Of a stretch of 64,000 nucleotides of DNA, positions 22,900 through 35,311 are shown one piece after another. The stretch is from Cycas panzhihuaensis (lineage: Eukaryota; Plantae; Cycadophyta), in NCBI GenBank assembly GCA_023213395.1, contig CM041465.1, positions 104,105,741-104,169,740 of the forward strand. The letters are read 5' to 3'. The notes below the pieces were generated by a model. It saw only the letters and a list, made by a program, of their open reading frames with translations, did no database searches and had not been told where the DNA came from. The position numbers and the translations under genes were made by a program. How positions within the stretch are numbered: position 1 is the stretch's first letter; every line of letters begins with the position of its first letter.

Positions 22900-24200
22900 T
22901 TATGGCTTAGTAGGTTTGTAATGTGGGGCTAAAAGTGCTTAAAGATACATAAAAGGAAAGAGACGTGCCTATTCACGACTAGGGAGCATGTTAACAGGTA
23001 CATGTTTCTTTTCCTTTTCTTTCACTTTAAAAAAGTAAAAACAAAAGGATCCTCATTTCCCCTTCTTTCCATTTAATTATATATGTATTAAAAAAAAAAT
23101 TGAAAAGGAAGAAAGACAATGCATGGTTTGATTGCTTGCCCTCACACACTCTCTCGTATTCTAGGGATTAATTTAAAACCAAAAGAAAAAAAATGGTGAA
23201 AAGTAGTCTTCCCTTTAAAGTTGTGTTTGATAGGTTAACCTTCGTAGAGTGGGGAATTTACACTTGTTATGAGTCCTTAAACTTGTAGGGACATAGGTCT
23301 ATGCATTTAGATTAGTTAATTGTATTATGTATATATAAATAAAAGTGTATATAGCTATATATAGGCTATCCTCTTTACTCTCTTAGGATAGGGTCCTTGA
23401 TTGTGCCAAAGGAGGGGTTACTTGAGGTTCCACCTAGATTTCATCACTAAAGGAGAGGGGTAACCTTACACCCAAGGTCAAGTTACATTGATTATCCCTA
23501 CTACGTATAGTTAGGAGAATTGAGTAAGTAGCTTTCATCTCATTGAGAAAGGTTACTTCTTTCTTACTTTACTTCTTGGAGCTTAAGGCATATTGGAATT
23601 AGATACGGGTATCCTTAGACCTTCTACACTTGTGGGTGGCTTATTATTAAAAGAGAAAGCTCCTACTAACTTACCTATGAGTGTGTTCATCCCATGGTTT
23701 AATTCCTCTTTTACCTTTACTTTAGTTAGCCCTTCTTAATTTTTAGACTGAATTAACATATAGTATCATTTAGTGGGTGGGTTAGGTAGAAATCAACCGT
23801 CTTTTAAGGGTAGTAGCTCTTAGGATAGTCTCATAGGGTTTGTTATCACTTGGATCATAATTGCCCTAATGATCCTCCTAGTTTTCAAGATCTATTATGA
23901 ATATTATTTTCTCCTCATAAGGAGGCTTTAGTTAGCTAGTTAGATTTCATTTCTCTTTTTCATGCTTTGGTTACTTGCCTACTTATTTATTCCATTTTAT
24001 ATGTAGACTAGATTCTAGCTTAGTTCTTATATCTTTCTCTCTTTCCCCCTTTTCCCTTAGCATTTGCATACATCCATTTCATCTAGTCTAAGGTTGCCCT
24101 CTTATCCTTACACTCGCATTCATATAGATGCATGCCTATCTATAGAAGTTGTCTATTTTCCTTCTTTAACATAAATCTCTTATGCTAGGTCCATCATTAG
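22900..24200 (+). mobile_element. Old non-coding repeat, possibly a distant relative of the 3821-6330 / 36142-38854 LTR family
   Basis: Patchy similarity only (gttaaccttcgtaga...tgcatttagatt at ~23235-23313 vs rc of ~36550-36650); similar CAGGTA donor-like architecture. Confidence 0.25.
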
Positions 24201-24229
24201 GTTGTTATAGTGACTTTGCTCCTCAGATG

Positions 24230-27200
24230 TTACCATCATTAGATTATCTAATTTTCTTCATTAGTTGGCTAATCATCATTATACACTCTTGGAACAGAGG
24301 AAGAGGGCTAAATAAGGGTCTATTGGACATTATCTACTAGTAAAGGATTAGGATCTAAATCACCATCATAAATATGCAAATAAGGTTTTTGAGTATTTGC
24401 TTCTTATCTCCAAATTGGAGTCTAACTCATAACCTTATCACATCTAACCCTAAAAGTTACTCGCTAAAATCTACTTCTTGTTCTAAATTGGCCCCAAACA
24501 AAAGGAAAACCATAAGAAAGGAGGGATCTAACTTGATCTTGATTATCATCCACAATGAAAGAGATTTACAAAATATAACTTCTTAGGTAGCATCTAAAAT
24601 TGTGCTATCAAATTATATGGGAATATGTTTATAAAAAGTAACATTATATATTTACTTTCAAATGAAAGATAATATTGTAATTGATCAAATAATCCATGCC
24701 TTTTCAATAAAAACATTCTAGTATTAAAACCTTCAAAAACTTTCTTCCAAAAAATAATCAAGCTAACAACAAATTCAAGAGCCAATATTACAACATTCCA
24801 AACATGCTTTGCATGATTATTAACCCAAAAAAGATGAAGGCAAGATTCTTGGGTTCTACATTAATCACAATTACTAGTAGAAAGGCTAATTTTAGATAAT
24901 CTTAGCTTAGTAGATATTTTGTTAACCATGATTTTCCATATATTTTTTTTATTTGTGTGCGATGAGCCTTGAGAACTAGATTTAGGAAATTGCTCTTGTC
25001 TATTTTTAGAAGACCATCCAAAAATCCAACATTGTTATAAGCAATCAAATATCTAATGAGAGGATATAAATTGATATAAATATTAGAAGTGAAGAATTTA
25101 TAAAGTAGGTTATATGAAATCCACATCTAAATTTGATGCCAAGAATATTAAAACTTCTAGAAATCTTTTAGTGAGAATATAAATTAAATTATCAAAAACT
25201 TGTTTATCTTTCCTAGGAATATTAAATTCTAAAATGAATGATAGCTAATGTTTCCAATTAACCTTATCATTGTCCCAAAAACTAAGTAGAGAATTGATAC
25301 CATAATTAAACCATCTAAGTGAATGCACCATCTGAATTGGGTTAAATAACTTTTCCTCAAGAATAATAAATTAAACAACCAAATTAAACAATGGCCCATG
25401 TATTCTCTTAATCTTAAAGAAAAATCTTTAATTCTAATTATTTTTTTTATGCTTGCCATGCCTTCTATATAGCTATATATAAAACTGAACCCTAAAATTT
25501 TTCATTTACTAGAGTTAAACAAAGATATGGAAATGATAAACCAACCCAAGCTTACCTACCCTTTAGTAAACCATCTTGAATTTTCCTTTTCACCAAAATT
25601 TTCTAGGGAGCTTTTCCTTCAATTGAATTGAGAAACCATTTTGTAACTAAAGCTTGGTTATGGAGTTTTAGATTATGAAGGTCAAGACCACCAAGATGTT
25701 TAGGCAAGCAAAAAAAAATCCAACATATTCGGTGGAATTTAGAGCAATATTTTCCATCAAACTAGAGATACTTCCAAACTATTTTTCTTAAGTCTTGAAA
25801 ATGTGATGTTGGAGGAAACCCATAAGAAGCATAATAAATATAAGAGGAGGAAAGAACCTTGGAACATACCTCAAATATTCATGTAATTGAAAGAAGTTAG
25901 TTGTTCCATCTAGATAGATTATCCACAATTTTATTTAATACCCAATGCTATATTTGGGTTAGAGTAATGTCAACACTAAATGGGACACCTAAGAATCTCA
26001 TAATACATCCATGTAGAATTAAATTCCAACCCAACTTAGAAAGCCATCAAGGTGGAGAATTAGATGAATTATAAATAACTTCTAATTTATGAAAATTTAA
26101 TTTAGAGCCTGATGCATCATTAAGAAAGCTTAGATTCTTTCAAGAGATTCAAGAACGTTTTCTTCTTTGGCCTCCAAAAATAGAACTGAATCATCTGTAA
26201 AATAAGCATTAAGCAATTGTTCTTAAAGTCAAGAAGAGTAATGCCTCTAATAACCTTATTATAAATTTAATCTTTTAAAAGGTAGTTAATAACTTTTGCA
26301 ACAATGATAAAAAGCATAAGAAATGATAAAAAAAATAACGAGAAGAATAACAACTAAAGGACACTTTGTCTAATTAAGTGCTAAGGATTAAATAATAGGG
26401 ATATTGATCCATTAACAACTACCAAGGCATCAACATTAGAGAATAAAGTACTAACTAGACTTTTAAAAGAATTGCTAAAGCCTAATAAATCCAACATAAG
26501 GTCTATGAATGTCCAATAAATTCTATCATATAGCTTTTTAAAATCTAATATTACCATCATGACATTTTAGTAACCTCTAGAGGCCCAGTCAAGCCCTTCC
26601 CAATTAGACAATAAGTTTTCCAAAGTATATCTTCCTTTCATAATTCTTGTTTGATTATAAGAGATAATTTATGGTAGAATGAAGGAAAGTTGTCTTTCCA
26701 AAACTTTAGCTATGACCTTATAAGAGACATTAAACAAAATGATGGGTCTTTAATTTATCATTAATTCTTTATCTTTGGATTTTGGGATTAACTTAATAGC
26801 ACCTTTATTAAAATGAGGAATTAAGGAAAATCATGTTAAAAAGGTCAATCTTAATAATATCCTAAAATTCTTTGTAGAATTCTAAAGGTCCCAAAATCAT
26901 GTTAAAAAGGTCAACCTTAATAATATCCCAAAATTCTGTGTAGAATTCAATTAGAAGACCATCTAGACTAGGATGTTTACTAACTTTGATTGAAAATATG
27001 GCTTCTTTAACCTCCTCAATAGTAATTCTTCACCCTAAAACATTTTTATATAAAGAGCAAACATTTTAAGAGATGAACTTAGAACAAAGATCAACTACTT
27101 TTAGTTTCACTTCAGAGCAATCATATACCTTAAAGAGAAATTAGTAGGAAAAAAAGAGAAACTTTTGAAGGATATCTTATAGATCTATTAATCTATGCTT

Positions 27201-27780
27201 TTCAAGTTAAACTACAAAGATATTATCTCTTATATGGTTTTTCCTTAAAAAGTCAAAGAAAAATTTTGATCCTATATCACATTCCTTCATCAATGAAGCC
27301 TAGAATGAATTTGTGCTCCTCTTGCAACCTAGATTTCTTTAATTTTAATAATATATTTGGCCATAGAGAATTAAGTCAAAATTTCTTAATTATTAGAAAA
27401 ACGTTCTAAATTTTTAGCATGAAGGCATAAATCTAATTCAACTTTTCTAACTTTTAGTCTCTTAATTTAAACCACTTGAGCCCTAAATTATCTAAGTAAA
27501 ACTATTGTTCTTTTACTTGAACCATCCCACTAAGAAATTCATTCAATCTTTGAATTTGGTCTTGGAATTAGATTCTATATTTTAATCACTTAATCTCTAC
27601 AAAAATTATATTTTAAAAAAGAAGTTTTCAACTTGTAGAGTATAGATCCTTGATATTTAATTTGATTTGAGAGTTTAAATTCAAGAGAAATAGGAAAATG
27701 GTCTAAAATAGTGGAAGGACAAACTTTCACATGAAGTTGTTACATGACTAGCTATTGTTAAGCGGAATCAGATTATTAAC
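24230..27780 (-). mobile_element. L1-like LINE ORF2 relic (endonuclease end, RT, probable C-terminal RNase H)
   Basis: Minus strand: ILDHFPISL (~27705), SLDGLLIEFY (~26960), RPIILFNVSYKVIAKVL (~26750-26700), QT..MKGRYTLENLLSNWEGLDWA (~26650-26580), RFLGVPF (~25990), VPRVYN (~24290). Confidence 0.9.
26827..26948. repeat. ~56 bp local tandem duplication within the LINE
   Basis: 26827-26882 is nearly identical to 26893-26948. Confidence 0.85.
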
Positions 27781-28234
27781 GAATGCTGGAGTATTTAGAA
27801 AATGTTGTTTACTAGAAATAACATAAGCTAATGGAATTTGATCAAAAGTATATAGTATTACATATTAAAATAATTATCTTAAAAATTTGTAAGGATTCAA
27901 AGTAGTTATACTACTTTGTAGGGATCATGAATCGGTTTCAGGCCCAAAATATATCATCTAGTTGCTTAAAATTTTAGTTTAAGTTCCTTTCCCCCTTGAT
28001 TTTACAAAAAATTATGGGTATTACTTTTCTTAGTTAGAATATTAGTTTTATTTTATTAGAGTTCTCATAGGGCCTATGACATGTTTAACTACCTAGCAGT
28101 CAAATTTTATGTGATTTGAAGTACTTTAAAAAACTTATTCAAAATAGAAAGTTTTAGATTTGGGGTTTTTTTCACTCCAAATTAAGTTTCTGATTTTAAG
28201 GGATTGTAGTTAGGGATTTTATATAACTAAAGGT

Positions 28235-31200
28235 TGAAGGAAACAATAATAGCAGGAGAACAGGGCAGAACATATATCAAATAAACATAAACCAATATTG
28301 CATCAATACATCAATGTATCACCATCACAATAACATAAACACATGAAAGCTTTGTTGTTTAATCCATTGTAGTAGAAATGAGCATTACAAATCTCTTCAA
28401 AGGTAGGCGGTGTCTAAAGACACCAGGGTTATACACCCCATAATATAAATAGTTTTGGGGGAGGAGGGAAACTTCTCAACCCCTAAATTCAAAATAATAA
28501 TAAAATAATATTCACTTAACTCAAATGAAACTAACTCAACTTACCTTAACTTACCTTGACATGTTAAGCATCACATGTCTAAATTAAGGTGCACAATCCT
28601 AGTAGGTAAGAGGGAGTTGAGTGATGACATTACACTCTAATATTCTCCCCCTTAATGTCAGCACGAACACTTGTATCTTTTCCTTGAACTTGTGGAACTG
28701 GTACTTGAAAAAAACTTTAAAATTCTGATCTTGATCTTTATCAACACTTCTTACCCTTATAGTCACATATGTCTCTTTATCATAGAATGATGTAGAAAAA
28801 CTATAAGTAGATGAAACTTGATGCAAATGTAGATGAATAGCTGTAATTTGGACTTTGTCAATTGGAACATTAAGAAGGCTTTGAACTTGAACTTTTGTAA
28901 TCTTTATGCTTTGAATAACTGTCATATCATCAGGTTCATTCTTTGTCATATCTTCATATTCAATTGTCATATCATCAAGTTCATTCTTTGTTATATCATC
29001 AGATTCATCTTCATTCTCCCCCTCAAATGGAGGATCAAATCCTTGTGCAACAAGGTGGTCCTGCATTTGATCTGAATCCTTATGGGTGTTGTCATCATGA
29101 TCTACCTGTTCTGTTACCTGTCTCATATGCTCATCAAAAATTTTATCAAATACATTGGGGGTATCTCCTGCATAAATGGAAATCAATAAATCCCAAACAG
29201 ACTTAGATGTTGTTAATTCAGAAACTAGTGAAAAAATATCAACAGTCATAGTGTAAAATAATAAACCTAAAGCTTCATTATCTTTTCTAAATTTTTCTTT
29301 AACGCTAAGGTCACATTCGTGTTGTAAATACTTTAAAAGATCATGTTCAATAAAGTAAGTTTGCATGGTGTCATACCATAGTGAAAAGTTATGGCCATCG
29401 AAAATGGGGAATTATGCCATTTTGAAAGCAATGCGATCAATAAGAAAATAATGATGTATTTGAAAGTAAACTTAAAAAATCCTTTTTACTTATGCAAAAC
29501 TGAAATAAACTTTTGAGAATGAAATATAAAGAGTTTTCAAAAATACCAATTTTTTAAATGAGTAAATGTAAATCTTCAATGTAAGAAAAACTTTCCCTTT
29601 TTGTATAAAAATAACTTTTCTTTAAGAAAAATATATATTGCTTTATGAACAATTTCTAGTTCAAAATAACTTAAAATGCTTGTAGAAAGATGAAGCAGAA
29701 ACCTTGAGTAAACAATGAGATATAAATTAGAATTTTCTTAAAAAATTTAAAAAGAGACAAGCTTATTAGGATGTACTTGTATGCTCAACTTTAACAGTTT
29801 GAAAACTATACTGAATAATGTCAAAATAAATTAAAATTCTACCAATATATAGATTAATAAGGTGTGAGTCCAATGAAATAAACGGCTTTGAAAATGGGTA
29901 TCAATAAATCACAGTTTGAATGATGGAAAGGTATGGACCTCCTTATGGGGCGTAACAAGAGCAGGGTAGTCAAAATTGTATAAAATTACCAATTAACCTT
30001 TAGAAAAAGTTGAACAAAGGATCAAATATTATTTATGAAATGTTCAATGTTCTTTCAATTGAAAATTTTGAAAAATATATTAAAAGGAGGTGTAAAAAAC
30101 AGTAAATTTAAGGTAATAAGGTACCTCAACTTTGACTAATTTGAAAGATAGGAAAATTGTGTCAAAATATATAGAAAAATATGTTAAAATGAAGAAAAAT
30201 GAGTTAGCTTCCCAACGAAGCTAACGGAATTGAAATCTAATATAAAATGAGAAAGTTATAGTGAAAAAGGTAACAGGTGTCTTTATGGAGAATGTTTAAG
30301 AAACAGGCAAAAAACAACTAAATTCCTTATTTCAGCGATTAAAATATTAATGAAGATGAACTCAAAAATTTGAAGTAAGAAGTGGGTATTAAAGTCTATA
30401 CAATGTAGATCTCTATAGAGGAAATTTGGGTAAAAACCAGTTTACCAGAAATAAATGACAGCCAGTTCTAAAAACGATTTTGTTAAAAATGCAAAAAAAG
30501 CTAAAATTTTGAAAGTCTAATGTTAAAATGGTCGAAACAGGGTCAAATTGGCACCAAATTAGTCATATGACCAGTCGAAATTGGTGTACGAAAAATTTCT
30601 GATCTATTGGGGTAGGTTTCGTCTAAAACTGATAAGCTAGTGAGACGTTATGCAACAAAAGCACCAATAACTCTGTGAAAAATAAAATTTTAAAAAAATA
30701 AACCTTAAAATTAAAAATGACTTCTTAAAAGACAGGCCTGAAGATGGACTGAGCTAGGATTGAACTTAAGATCGGTCAGAGAATAAAGACCTCCGATGCC
30801 AGGAGGGTGAACTCACTCATAAAGTTAAAAGACACAAAAAATAAACTTTAAAAGATTCACACTCGGATCTCAAAAGATTATTTAATTAACTTATATTTTC
30901 TAAACTTTATAAAGTGAATGCATGTAATGAGATGTAAGCAATGAGCGCACCAATGTGTAAATTGATGAGCGCACTAATGCGTAAACCGTAAAGCCAACAA
31001 TAATGAATGAATCAATAATGAATGAATGCTGCAACGAAGAGAACAAAGACTACGGATTAATAATAATGAACAGCAAGATGGCTTAGCCGATTATGAGTGC
31101 GTTAGCAGCAGACGCAAAGACCGAGAATAAAGACTGCGGATTATGAACGGCAAGAATAGCTGATTATGAGTGCGTTAGCAGCGAATAGCTGATTATAGGA

Positions 31201-32529
31201 GAGACGCAAAGACAACGAATGCAAACAATGAACAAGGGGCGGCAGAGACTGTCGGCGAATGGCAAAAAGGCTTAGCTACGTGCCGAGAGTAGAGAGTGGC
31301 AAATGCCAGATGAGAGTATGAACAAAAATATTTGTTCTCACATAGCAGAGCAGTGTTGGGTGATGCATCAGCAGCGCGGAAAAATAGCACAGAGAACGAC
31401 TAGAGCATTGGACAGTGGGTTAACACGGAACGAAGAACAGAGTAAAGATAGTACAGAGATGAAGAGGGCCTTGCCTACGTGCCGATATGTACAGCAATGA
31501 AGCAGAGAGATGGTCAGATGCTAGACGTTGTAGAGAGATGGAACGGAGACATAGTGTTAATAACGTTAACACATAGATGGAATGTTAATAATGCAGGAGA
31601 GTTATTCAGTATGGTTACAGAGAGTGCACAGGATAGCAGAGAGCTAGCTCAGGCTATATATATTGAGATTAAGCCAGTACAGTTGGTAACAATACTACAG
31701 ATCTATCGAGCACTTAAGATAATAAAGTAGACAGATAGAATCTCAATGAAGTGATACGAAATGGGTGTAATACTATCTCAGACAAAATCTCAAAGTATTG
31801 TTAGGTGCAATACTAAAAACGTTCAAACTAAATGGGGAAGGCAGACAAAAAAGCATATATTGAAGATTAAAAGAACAAAGCAAAAATATATATCAAAAAA
31901 TTTATTTATTTGGAGATCAAAGGAACGAAGAACCTAGTTCCCGTATTGTTGTGCAAACTTCTGAGCGAGAGAACTTCTTTCACGGTGGATGAAATTCTGA
32001 TCCGTCTTCTCCAGTGGATAGAAGAGCTCGCCAGAATTTCAACAAGCAGTCATATGGATACATTTCACTAGATGTATGAGCAACTAAAATCAGAAAATAG
32101 ACAATAGTATCAACATGGCTTTGATACCAAATGAAGGAAACAATAATAGTAGGAGAACAGAGCAGAACATATATCAAATAAACATAAACCAATATTGCAT
32201 CAATACATCAATGTATCACCATCACAATAGCATAAACACATAAAAGCTTTGTTGTTTAATCCATTGTAGTAGAAATGAGCATTACAAATCTCTTCAAAGG
32301 TAGGTAGTGTCTAAAGACACCAGGGTTATACACCCCATAATATAAATAGTTTTGGGGGAGGAGGGAAACTCCTCAACCCCTGAATTCAAAATAATAATAA
32401 AATAATATTCATTTAACTCAAATGAAACTAACTCAACTTACCTTAACATGTTGAGCATCACATGTCTAAATTGAGGTGCACAATCCTGGTAGGTAAGAGG
32501 GAGTTGAGTGATGACATTACACTCTAATA
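28235..32529 (-). mobile_element. Non-autonomous gag-only LTR element (TR-GAG-like) inserted in the gypsy 5' LTR
   Basis: Highly similar LTRs 28235-28642 and 32132-32529; TSD AAGGT/AAGGC; PBS rc gctttgatacca 32118-32129; PPT rc ttctccccctt at 28643. Confidence 0.93.
28599..29420 (-). pseudogene. Copia-type gag N-terminus plus acidic repetitive tail (open 29366-28599, 255 aa)
   Basis: MA*FPIFDGHNFSLWYDTMQTYF...KDNEALGLL...IFSLV...TSKSVWDLLISIYAG is a typical copia gag start. The presumed original ATG at 29420 is followed by TAA. No pol domains. Confidence 0.8.
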
Positions 32530-32873
32530 AAGGCCATAAATTTGGAAGCATATTCATTGTAAAAATACTTAGTTTTTAATTTTTTAGAGTTTTTAAAATA
32601 AAAAACTAAAAAAAAAAAAAAAAAATTCTTATTTAAAGAGCTTAGTTCTATTTTTTTTGAGATAAATTATTCTATTTACATGCTTATACTACTAAAGAGA
32701 TCATAACTCCATCATTTGGTATTAGAGCATGGTTTAACCATGGGAAGAGAGGAGGAAAAGTTTTACAATTAACTATTGGTAAGTTTCATGCTTTTAAAAA
32801 AATATATATTTAAAAATTATTAGAAGTATGTTGAGAGTATTTATAGAAAAGGAGTAAACAACTTAAGAGGTAA

Positions 32874-35311
32874 TATGGATAGAGGAGGGAATACACATCT
32901 AAATAGGAGGATGCAAGAGTCTTAGAGAAGGGCTAAAGAAATTGTAGAGGTGGTGTTGAGGCAACAAACAATCCTTCCAAGAAATAAACAAGGCAGGAGG
33001 AGGCATGGTAATGATATAGAAATAGAAATAAATGCTAGAGTAGAGAATAATGAAGAAGAACCTGAAGAATCTCCATCCTATAAGGAGAGGATGTTAAAAT
33101 CCTTAGAATATAAGAATAGTAGAATGAAGCTTAATGTCATAGAGTACGGGGGTAGTTTAAAACTTGAAGAGTTGATTGACTAGTTGAACAATGTTGAAAA
33201 AAATTAATGGAAAGATATGATAGAAGAGAAGAAGATAAAACTTGCATATACCAAACTAAAAGATCATGCAATTATATGGTGGGATCACCTAGAAAAAAGA
33301 GAGGGTAAGAAATAAAAAGGATAAAATTTAAATTTTGAGTAAAATGATGAGAATCTTAAAGAGAATTTCTCCTAGTAGACTGCTCATAGACTTGATTTAG
33401 AAAATTTTAAAATTTGAGGCAAAGAGAGATGAATGTCTAAGATTATACTAATAAATTTTATAAATTATCAATTAAGGTAGAGCATGTAGAAATAAAAGAG
33501 AAAATACCCACCAAGTATGTAAATGGTTTAAAGTTTTCCATCTAAGATAAACTTAACATACTTGGAATTAATAATATTAAAGATGCTTATCAATTTTCTT
33601 TAAAAGCATGGGAGAAATATGGTGGAAACCCTACTTGAAAATTATTTATGGTGAAAAAGGGACCATCAACCCCATCAAGAGGTAGGGGTGGCTTCAACTA
33701 CTCTAGTGGGAATTTCTCCAATGAGATGGAGAGGTAGAGTGTTGCTCTAGGTAGACAAGACTAGAGGAGTTTCTAGAACCAACCAAAAGGCTGAGGTTTC
33801 TAAGGATCCCAAAGGGGAAGAAACTTTGATAGAGTAGGAAACACACCTATGAGGCCTATTGTCTATTATAGATATAATGAAGAAGGCCATAAGGCTTATG
33901 GATATTCTTATTATTTTGACTAATTAAGAAACCAAAGGAAACAACCAACAATGAACTTGGCTCAAGCTAAGGAATAAGAATAACTTGTACAAGTTGTAGT
34001 AGACATTAGGAAGAACATTATGTTAAGAAGTACTTTGATCATTCTAAAATAAAATCAAGAATAAGAAAAGGAAAACCAAAGGATGATGATAAATAATGGC
34101 TATACAACAATATCTTCTAGGTGACATACACTTTAGGAGATAAGATTTGTAAGGCTTTTATTAACAGTGGAAGCTATAAAAATATGGTATCCACTGAAAT
34201 GATATAAAAACTAGGATTACAGTGTGAAAGGCATCCTAACTCCTATAAAATTTCTTGGGTAAAGAAAGGAAGTGAGATGGCAATAAACAAAAGATATCTA
34301 GTAAAATGTACCATTAGACAAATATACCATGATGAGGTATGGTGTAATATCCTCTTAATGGATGCATGTTATATACTAGTGGGGGGGCATAGCAGTATGA
34401 TAGAAATGCCTATCATAATAGGAAAAAAATACTTACACCTTTTGAAGGATGGTATAAAGGTTGTATTACTACTTATGAAGGAAGAAGGGTAGGTAAAGAC
34501 TATGTTAACCACAAAGGAGTTCCTGAGGGACGTAATGAAGATAGGAACTTATTATGCCTTAGTGACAAATCAAGTTTAAAACATTAAGGAGTTAGTATCA
34601 ATACCACATGAAGTGGCTAAACTATTACAAGAGATATAATGGCATCATGCTAGATGAATTGCAAGAAGGTTTACCTCCAAAGAGAGATATCTAGCATTGA
34701 ATTGATTTGATTCTAATATCTACACTACCAAATCAAGTTATATAGAGATTAAGCCCTAAAGAGAATGAAGAATTAAAATGATAGGTTAGTTAATTAATAA
34801 AGGAAGGGATGGTAAGAGAAAGCATAAGTCTGTGTAACTATTATAGTCTTGACTCCAAAGAAGGATAGCTCTTAAAGGATGTGTATTGATTATGTGGCAA
34901 TAAAAAAAATTATAATTAGATATAAGTTCTCAATCCCTTAAATAGATGACATGCTAGATGTTTTAGCAAGTGCATCCTACTTTACCAAAATCAACTGAAG
35001 AAGTGATTATTATCAGATTTATATTAGGGAAAGAGATAAGGAGAACATAGTCTTTAAAACTCAAGATGGACTATATGAATTATTGGTCATGCCATTTGGG
35101 ATATCTTGTGACCATATCTTGGTAAGTTTATAGTTGTCTATTTTGATAATATTTTAATATATAGTAGAACTAAGGAGGAGCACCTATTACACTTAAGGAT
35201 GGTGTTATACGTATTAAGAGTAGAGAAATTGTATGCGAACTTAAAGAAATACAAGTTCATGCAGAGTAGGCTAGTATTTTTGGGGTTTATAATATTCTAA
35301 GATAAGTTGCA
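32874..35311 (+). pseudogene. Gypsy gag-protease-RT, 5' part
   Basis: KLKDHAIIWWD, degenerate CCHC knuckle at ~33860 (EEGHKAY), FINSGS protease, [39 protein letters not shown]. Confidence 0.9.
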
